From: Spirochaetia bacterium
GTDB lineage: Bacteria > Spirochaetota > Spirochaetia > SZUA-6 > Bin103
Length of the DNA: 64,000 nucleotides
Assembly (NCBI GenBank): GCA_965203905.1
Contig: CBDBDQ010000005.1
Span: forward strand, 2,336,001 to 2,400,000
Reading direction: 5' to 3'
Shown here: positions 57,745 through 64,000 of the stretch, piece by piece
Layout of the letters: each line of letters opens with the position of its first letter
Position numbering within the stretch: the stretch's first letter is position 1
Program-made: the position numbers and the translations under genes
Notes under the pieces: generated by a model
The model's database searches: none
What the model saw: only the letters and a program-made list of their open reading frames with translations
What the model was told of the DNA's origin: nothing

Positions 57745-57981
57745 TCAGCGATACCTGGCGATGAGCCGGTCGACCTTGGGCTTGTCGAAGCCGACCACGA
57801 TGGTGCCGTGGAAGTCGAGCACCGGCACCGCGGTCTGGCGCGACTTGTGCAGCATCTCGCCGGCCTTGCGCTCGTCGCGCGACACGTCGTAGTCCACGAA
57901 CTTGACGCTGCGCTGGCGCAGATAGTTCTTGAGCTGGTCGCAGAAGGTGCAAGTGGGGGTCGAGTAGATGCGAACCGCCAT
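57745..57981 (-). CDS. Glutaredoxin-like protein (NrdH/YruB family)
   Basis: VRIYSTPTCTFC...TAVPVL...VVGFD. Found at the 3' end of a long spurious ORF. Confidence 0.88.
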   Translation of the reverse strand: MAVRIYSTPTCTFCDQLKNYLRQRSVKFVDYDVSRDERKAGEMLHKSRQTAVPVLDFHGTIVVGFDKPKVDRLIARYR

Positions 57982-57999
57982 TACCATCACCATTATACC

Positions 58000-59370
58000 A
58001 TGGCTGCCAGCGACAGACCCAACGTCATCGTCTTCTTCACCGACCAGCAGCGCTGGGACACCGCGGGCGTGCACGGCAACCCCGCCGGGCTCACCCCCAA
58101 CTTCGACCGCATGGCGGTCGAGGGCACCCACCTGTTCAACTCGTTCACCTGCCAGCCGGTGTGCGGCCCGGCCCGTTCCTGCCTGCAGACCGGCCGCTAC
58201 GCCACCGAGACCGGCGTGTGGCACAACGGGCCGGGGCTGCCCGACGACCTGCCCACCCTGGCCGGACTGTTCGGCGCGGCCGGCTACCGCACCGGCTACC
58301 TCGGCAAGTGGCACCTGAGCAGCGCCGGGCCCGCCGCCGTGCCGCCCGAGCAACGCGGCGGCTACCGGGACTGGCTGGCGTCCAACGTCCTGGAGTTCAC
58401 CTCCGACGCCTACCGCACCCGGATGTACGACGGCGCCGGGGACGCGGTGGACCTGCCCGGCTACCGGGTCGACGCGGTCGCCGACGCGGCCATCCGCTAC
58501 GTCGACGCGCGCTCCCGCGAGGCGGACCCCTTCCTCCTGTTCCTCTCCTTCATCGAGCCGCACTTTCAGAACAGCCGCGACGACTACCCGGCCCCGACCG
58601 GCTACGAGGAGAGTTACACCGGGACGTGGGTACCGCCCGACCTGGCCGCCCTCGGCGGCTCCACCCACCAGCACCTGGCCGGCTACTACGGCATGGTCAG
58701 GCGTCTCGACGAGGCGCTGGGACGGCTGCAGGACGCCCTGCGCAGCCTCGACCTGCTGCGCTCGACGGTGCTGCTGTACACCACCGACCACGGCTGCCAC
58801 TTCAAGACCCGCAACGGCGAGTACAAGCGTTCCTGCCACGAGAGCTCGGTGCGGCTGCCCACCGCCCTGACCGGCCCCGGCTTCGACGGCGGCGGCCGCG
58901 TGCAGCAGCTCACCAGCCTGATCGACCTGCCCCGTACCCTGCTCGACGCCGCCGGCATCACCCCGCCCGCCGAGATGCGCGGCCGTTCGGTGCTGCCGCT
59001 GCTGAGCGACCCGGCGGCGCGCACCGACTGGCCGGACGACGTGTTCATCCAGATCAGCGAGAGCCAGGTGGGACGGGCCGTGCGCACCGCGCGCTGGAAG
59101 TACGGGGTCACCGCGCCGGGGATCGGCGGCAGGCGGCAGCCGGCGGCGGACCGCTACCAGGAACAGTACCTGTACGATCTGCTGGCCGACCGCTACGAGC
59201 TGAACAACCTGGCAGGCAGTACGGCGCACGCCGAAGTGGCGCGCCGCCTGCGCCGGCGGCTGCTGCGCCACCTGCGCGCGGTGGAGGGGGCCGAACCCGC
59301 CATCGAGCCTGCCGGGGCGCGCAGCGGCGGTGGCATCCGGGTAGGGGCGGAGGAGCTGGCGGGCCTGTAG
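58000..59370 (+). CDS. Sulfatase (formylglycine-dependent)
   Basis: RPNVIVFFTDQQR, CGPARSCLQTG (CxPxR), GKWHL and TTDHG motifs. Confidence 0.93.
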   Translation: MAASDRPNVIVFFTDQQRWDTAGVHGNPAGLTPNFDRMAVEGTHLFNSFTCQPVCGPARSCLQTGRYATETGVWHNGPGLPDDLPTLAGLFGAAGYRTGYLGKWHLSSAGPAAVPPEQRGGYRDWLASNVLEFTSDAYRTRMYDGAGDAVDLPGYRVDAVADAAIRYVDARSREADPFLLFLSFIEPHFQNSRDDYPAPTGYEESYTGTWVPPDLAALGGSTHQHLAGYYGMVRRLDEALGRLQDALRSLDLLRSTVLLYTTDHGCHFKTRNGEYKRSCHESSVRLPTALTGPGFDGGGRVQQLTSLIDLPRTLLDAAGITPPAEMRGRSVLPLLSDPAARTDWPDDVFIQISESQVGRAVRTARWKYGVTAPGIGGRRQPAADRYQEQYLYDLLADRYELNNLAGSTAHAEVARRLRRRLLRHLRAVEGAEPAIEPAGARSGGGIRVGAEELAGL

Positions 59371-59448
59371 CCGAGGCCGTGCGCGGGGCGTTCCCGCACG
59401 CCGGGTCCGGCGGTTGACGGCCGGCGCCGCCGCCGGCACGGTAGCCGG

Positions 59449-60765
59449 GTGGAGGAGCTCGGTCCGCGCGGCCTGGAAGGGTCCTGGAGCGCGGAGATAC
59501 GCCGCCTCGAACGGGAGGAAGCCCACCTCACCGCGCGGGTAGCGGAAGAGGAACGGCGCTTCGCGGGCCTGAAGGACCTGGACGATGTGTTCGCGCTCGT
59601 CGCGGTCCGTTTCTCGCTGGCGCTGCGGATCCTCGACGGCCTGCGTGCGACCGGAGAGCCGGCGCCGCGCCTGTATCGGCGCGCCCGCGACTGCGCCACC
59701 CGCGGCCTGGCGCTGCTGGAGGAGCTGCTGGCGGCGGGAATCTCGCTCGATCAGCGCGAGCTGGTCACCGGTGACGCCGGCTACCGGCGCGCCCAGGAGC
59801 TGTTTCAGCAACTGCTGCTGCGCGGCGGCGGGGCGCTGTTCGAGCCGGACGAGACCCCGGCGGCCACTTCGCGCGCGCTGGCACGCATCGTGGTGCAGGC
59901 GCTTCGCAAGCACGCGGCACGCGACGACACTTACGCGCCGCTGTTCCACACCGAGCGGCTGCCGCGGCCGTGGCGGGGCGTGGTGAAGAGTCTGCTGCGG
60001 ACCGTGGCATGGGAGGGACAGGCCGACCCTCCCTACGGGGTGGAGGAGGACGCGGAGCAGGAGCAACTGGTGGCCGAGCGCATCAGGCTGCCCCTGTCGC
60101 AGGCGATCCGGCTGTTCGAGGAGGAGATCCTGCCGCCGCTGCGGCAACGGCTGGAGCAGGCTCCGGGGGACGCCCGGCTGCAGCAGGAGATCGCGCGCAT
60201 CAGCGGCCAGCTCGAGGAGCTGCGGCGCATGCGCTTCATCCCCCGTTCCACGCCGATCGTGGTGGAGCACGGCCTCTACACGCAGTGGCTGACCGGCTAC
60301 ACGGTGGATGGGGAAGCGCTGGTGAGCGTGCCGTTGCGGGTGACCTACCGCGGCGGCACCAACCTGGACCGCGCGCAGCAACTGATCCAGGACGAGATTA
60401 CCCGCAAGGCGGCCGGACGCGGCATCAGCCCGGACCTCGACGCCTCCTACCGCCACCTGCGCTCGCTGCAGAGCGGCATCCGCGGCAGCAGCCGCACCCC
60501 CAGCCTGCGTCTGAACGCCAAGCGCGGGTTCCAGGCCCTCAAGCAGACCGTGCCGTCGCTGGCGCGGCTGGAGGACCGTACCGAGCTGCGCCGCCTGATG
60601 GCGCTGGTCACCAGTTCCTCGCGCTGGCGCGCGGAGCGGGAGATCGCGGCGTTGCTGGCGGCGGGGCGCGACCTGTCCCTGCCGGCACGCGACGGGAATG
60701 GCACCGCCGGGCCGGCCGGCGAGGCCCCGCGGGAGGGCGGGGATGGGCCGGCTCCCGCTCCTTAG
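59449..60765 (+). CDS. Hypothetical helical/coiled-coil protein
   Basis: 438-aa ORF with high GC3 codon pattern in line with its neighbours. No recognised motif. Confidence 0.7.
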   Translation: MEELGPRGLEGSWSAEIRRLEREEAHLTARVAEEERRFAGLKDLDDVFALVAVRFSLALRILDGLRATGEPAPRLYRRARDCATRGLALLEELLAAGISLDQRELVTGDAGYRRAQELFQQLLLRGGGALFEPDETPAATSRALARIVVQALRKHAARDDTYAPLFHTERLPRPWRGVVKSLLRTVAWEGQADPPYGVEEDAEQEQLVAERIRLPLSQAIRLFEEEILPPLRQRLEQAPGDARLQQEIARISGQLEELRRMRFIPRSTPIVVEHGLYTQWLTGYTVDGEALVSVPLRVTYRGGTNLDRAQQLIQDEITRKAAGRGISPDLDASYRHLRSLQSGIRGSSRTPSLRLNAKRGFQALKQTVPSLARLEDRTELRRLMALVTSSSRWRAEREIAALLAAGRDLSLPARDGNGTAGPAGEAPREGGDGPAPAP

Positions 60766-61981
60766 CAGGAGGTTCGCGGGCGCCGCCCCAGCTCCAAGCG
60801 GCGCGATCCAGCGCCGCCGGCTGCTGCCGCTCGCCATCGGTCACTTCTGCGTCGACTCCTACGCCGGCATGTTGGCGCCCATGGTGCCGTTGCTGCAGGA
60901 GCGCCTGCAGCTCAGCCTGGCGGCCGCCGGCACCGTCGGCGCGGTAGTCGCCTTCAGTGCCATGTCGCAGCCGCTGCTGGGCCTGCTCGGCGACCGCATG
61001 CGGCGGCGTTTGCTGGTGCCGCTGGGGGTGCTGCTGGCGGCGCTGTGCATGCCGCTGATGGGGGTGGCGCCGAACTACCCGCTGCTGCTCGTGGTGGTGA
61101 CCCTCGGCGGCCTCGGAGTGTCGGCGTTCCACCCGCAGTCGTTCGTGATCGCGGCCGATCTGAGCGGCCAGCGGCGAGCGTTCGGGATCGCCCTGTTCGT
61201 CTTTGCCGGCACGCTCGGTCTGGCCGTGACCCCGGTCTGGGTCACCTTCGTGGTGCAAGCCCGCGGCCCGGGGGTGCTGCCGCTGGCCTCCCTCGCGGGG
61301 GTAGCGGCAGCGCTGCTGATCTGGCGCCTGGTGCCGCTGGCCGCCGATCCCGGCCGCGACCGCAGTTGGCGCAGCGTGGGCGCACAGTTCGCCGCCAGCC
61401 TGCGACCGCTGGCCGCCATCCTCGCCGTGGTGGTCCTGCGCTCCATCGCCTTCCTCGGCTTCAACCTGTTCATCGCGGTGTTGTCGCTCGACCGCGGACT
61501 GACCCTGGGCGCCGGTGGCCTGGCGCTGTCGGTGTACAACCTCTCCGGCGTACTCGCCAGCCTGGGCCTGGGCAGGATCGCCGATCGCGTCGATCCCAAG
61601 CCGCTGATCTGCGGATCGCTGATTCTCTCGACACCGTTCCTGTGGGCCTACGCCGCGCTGCCGGGGCCGCTGAGCTTCGTCTGGCTGGCGCTGGGCGGGG
61701 CGCTGCTGGGTGCCACCACCTCGGTGATGGTGGCACTTGCCCAGCAGGCGGCGCCGGGGCTGCGGGCGCTGGCTTCCAGCCTGCCGCTGGGGCTGAGTTG
61801 GGGCCTGGCCAGCCTGACCCTGCCGCTGCTCGGCTGGATCGCCGATCAGGTCGGGGTCACCGCCATGCTGCGCGGCCTGGCCTGGCTGCCGCTGGTGGCC
61901 GCGGCGGTCATGCTGTTGCTGGTGCCTACCCGGCGCCCGGTGCCGCTGGTCGAACCAGCTCCTCCTGCAGGAAGCGGGTGA
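60743..61981 (+). CDS. MFS transporter (Fsr-like)
   Basis: GHFCVDSY, SQPLLGLLGDR and SAFHP motifs. About 12 TM segments. Confidence 0.88.
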   Translation: MGRLPLLSRRFAGAAPAPSGAIQRRRLLPLAIGHFCVDSYAGMLAPMVPLLQERLQLSLAAAGTVGAVVAFSAMSQPLLGLLGDRMRRRLLVPLGVLLAALCMPLMGVAPNYPLLLVVVTLGGLGVSAFHPQSFVIAADLSGQRRAFGIALFVFAGTLGLAVTPVWVTFVVQARGPGVLPLASLAGVAAALLIWRLVPLAADPGRDRSWRSVGAQFAASLRPLAAILAVVVLRSIAFLGFNLFIAVLSLDRGLTLGAGGLALSVYNLSGVLASLGLGRIADRVDPKPLICGSLILSTPFLWAYAALPGPLSFVWLALGGALLGATTSVMVALAQQAAPGLRALASSLPLGLSWGLASLTLPLLGWIADQVGVTAMLRGLAWLPLVAAAVMLLLVPTRRPVPLVEPAPPAGSG

Positions 61982-62825
61982 TGATGCCGGTGAGTGCCGG
62001 CACCGTATCCGGCGCCTGGATCGCTCCGGCCAGCTCGTGCAGCTCCGCCTCCGGGAACTCCACCAGCCGCTTGCGGGTGCTGCCGATCCGTTCGTAGGCG
62101 CGCTTGATGGCGGCGACCGAGACCACCCGGTCCTGCTCGGTATAGACCACCAGCACCGGGCAGCGGATCTGCTCCAGGGGCGTGCGCCGCCCCAGGCGCA
62201 CCGCCTGCATCATCGGTACCAGGGAACGCGAGTGGTGGCGGGTGGTCCAGTAGCGGTCCTCCTGCTCGCTGTTCCCGGAGAGATCGCGGTAGCGGCCCAC
62301 CAGCAGCCGCGCCAGCAGCGGACCGGCGGGCGACAACAGCAGGCTCACGCCGCGGTTGCGCGGCCAGAAGTTGGGCGACAGCAGCACCAGGGCCGCCGTC
62401 TCCGGGTGCCGCGCCACCCACCAGGCGGCCAGCGTGCAGCCGGTGGACATCGCCACCAGCACCACCCGACGGCCGATCACGGCGCCGATCCGGGCCGCCT
62501 CGGCCAGGTCCCGCTGCCAGTCGCCCAGGGTCACGGCGCCGATCGCATCCGCGCCCAGCCCGCCGCCGGTCAGACGGGCGCAGAACAGGTTGGCCTCAAG
62601 GCGCGCCGCCACCTGGTCCGGTACCGGTGCCACCGACTGGCGGCTGCCGGTGTAGCCGTGGATGAACACCAGGGCCAGATCGGTGCGGCAGGGGGCGCCG
62701 CCGTTCCATGCCACGAGCTTCTCGGTTCCCGGCGTGATCGGCCGCGCCGCCGCCGTTGCGGACTCCGCCTCCGCGGCGTTCAGCCAGGCTTCTACGGAAT
62801 CGGGTGCACGTGGCTCCTGGGGCAC
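61926..62825 (-). CDS. Alpha/beta hydrolase
   Basis: FIHGYTGS, nucleophile elbow AMSTG, QDRVV and terminal HELAG. Confidence 0.85.
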   Translation of the reverse strand: MPQEPRAPDSVEAWLNAAEAESATAAARPITPGTEKLVAWNGGAPCRTDLALVFIHGYTGSRQSVAPVPDQVAARLEANLFCARLTGGGLGADAIGAVTLGDWQRDLAEAARIGAVIGRRVVLVAMSTGCTLAAWWVARHPETAALVLLSPNFWPRNRGVSLLLSPAGPLLARLLVGRYRDLSGNSEQEDRYWTTRHHSRSLVPMMQAVRLGRRTPLEQIRCPVLVVYTEQDRVVSVAAIKRAYERIGSTRKRLVEFPEAELHELAGAIQAPDTVPALTGIITRFLQEELVRPAAPGAG

Positions 62826-62945
62826 GTGGGATGGTTTACCGTGCCGTCGAGACTCGCGCCAGGCATGGGCGGGCCCCTGCGGGACGCCGCGGCCGTTCCT
62901 CTGCCGACTCCGTCGCCGCCGTTCGCCCGCGGCCTGCGGTGTCCG

Positions 62946-63992
62946 TCACCCCGGATCCGAGCGCGGGTCCGTGGCGGCGACCCCGGAGTTGGTGGCGGCC
63001 GGTTCCTGCTCTGCCGGAGTTCCTTCGACATCGTCCGCGTGCACCCAGCCGAAGCTGCGGTAGCTGCCGCGCACCCGGACGTCGTACCAGCCGTCCACCT
63101 TGCCGGAGGCGAACAGCAGCTCGCCGCCCCGCAGGTGCAGCCTCACCGTCGACTCCCGGTCCCTGGCGGCGTGCAGCGGCGCTCCGCCGCGCGGCGTCCG
63201 CAGGACGATCGGCTCCACCGGCGGCAGGGTCTCCCAGCGGTCGAACGGGTCGCGCTGCTGCAGGTAGGCGAGGACGCCGGCGGCCAGCCCCTGCGCCGCC
63301 ACGGCGGTGTTCTTGCGCAGGAACGCACGGTCTACGGGGTTGCTGACGTAGCCCATCTCCAGGATCGCCGCCGGCGTCGTATCGGCGATGGCGTGGCGGT
63401 AGCGGTAGCCGTTGAAGGCGTAGTAGCCGCGCATGTTGTAGGTGACGCCGTTGAGGTCTTCCGGCAGCCCGGTCGTCTGCCCGTAGTGCCGGTGCAGGGC
63501 GGCCGCCAGCAGGCGGGAGGCGGGCGAGGCGCGCCACGGCGGCGAGACCTTGTAGCCGCGCGCCGAGGAGTCGTTGTTGCCGTCGGCGTGAACCGAGACG
63601 AAGGCGTCGGCGTCGAAGCCGGGCGGGATGGTGGCCGGCAGCAGCGTCACGTCTATCCCCTCCGCCTCCAGCAGGGCTGCCGCGGCACGGGCCACCACGA
63701 TGTTTATCTGCACCTCGGCTACGCCGGCGGCCCAGGCGCCGGTCGAGCCGTGCAGGCGGGACAGCTCCGCCGGCAGTTCCGCGGCATGCAGGTGACCGAC
63801 CTGGATACCTACCCGCCACGGCGCCCCGGCGCCGCGCACCGCCACCGCACGGGTGGGGTGCCACTGCGTAGCGGCACGCTGCGCCGCACGCGCCAGTGGC
63901 CGATTGGAGTTCAACATCACCCCCGCGGCAATGATCAAGCCCGCGGCTACGACCAGCAGGCTGCGCCCAGCAATACGCATAGGTCCGGACAA
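62946..63992 (-). CDS. N-acetylmuramoyl-L-alanine amidase (Amidase_3) with C-terminal SH3-like domain
   Basis: GIQVGH, AEVQIN, FVSVHAD and AILEMGY motifs. C-terminal GWYDV...GWV. N-terminal TM segment. Confidence 0.88.
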   Translation of the reverse strand: MSGPMRIAGRSLLVVAAGLIIAAGVMLNSNRPLARAAQRAATQWHPTRAVAVRGAGAPWRVGIQVGHLHAAELPAELSRLHGSTGAWAAGVAEVQINIVVARAAAALLEAEGIDVTLLPATIPPGFDADAFVSVHADGNNDSSARGYKVSPPWRASPASRLLAAALHRHYGQTTGLPEDLNGVTYNMRGYYAFNGYRYRHAIADTTPAAILEMGYVSNPVDRAFLRKNTAVAAQGLAAGVLAYLQQRDPFDRWETLPPVEPIVLRTPRGGAPLHAARDRESTVRLHLRGGELLFASGKVDGWYDVRVRGSYRSFGWVHADDVEGTPAEQEPAATNSGVAATDPRSDPG

Positions 63993-64000
63993 TATAATTC

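Noticed and set aside
57745-60837. 1030-aa minus-strand ORF
   Set aside because: Antisense shadow of the sulfatase and hypothetical genes in high-GC DNA. Only its last 78 codons (glutaredoxin) look real.
1-64000. tRNA, rRNA, riboswitch, integrase or prophage genes
   Set aside because: None were recognised by eye. A tRNAscan-SE and Infernal/Rfam run would be needed to exclude small RNAs.

Overview
High-GC bacterial chromosomal window. The organism is probably a Spirochaetota, by inference from the '...AFAGGESDE' signal on the solute-binding protein; the PPC and Trp-rich lipoproteins suggest a host- or sponge-associated lineage. Two near-identical ISAzo13-family insertion sequences in opposite orientation sit at 1-596 (partial) and 56136-57444 (complete, with TIRs and a TTA target duplication). 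Metabolic and housekeeping genes include a molybdo-hydroxylase large subunit, a Dpp/Opp ABC system split across both strands, a SorD/SorE-like pair, a two-RND/MFP/two-TolC efflux locus with an OmpR-family two-component system, duplicated sigma54-type hsp20 units, an atypical GlnRS, an amidohydrolase, a dipeptidase, GGT, a sulfatase, an MFS transporter and an amidase. These are interspersed with many small conflict modules: two VapBC pairs, XRE-ImmA+PIN, AAA+DUF4276, a nucleotidyltransferase+unknown pair, an HATPase-STAS-PIN triad, Fic and an HNH protein. Several of these modules are broken by internal deletions. The best candidates for undescribed biology are the low-GC nucleotidyltransferase two-gene cassette (27092-28594), the HATPase/STAS/PIN triad (51446-53071), a GlnRS with both class I signatures rewritten, a duplicated unknown helical domain on the RND adaptor, and a recurring intergenic inverted-repeat element. 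All family calls come from motif recognition by eye; no database searches were run.
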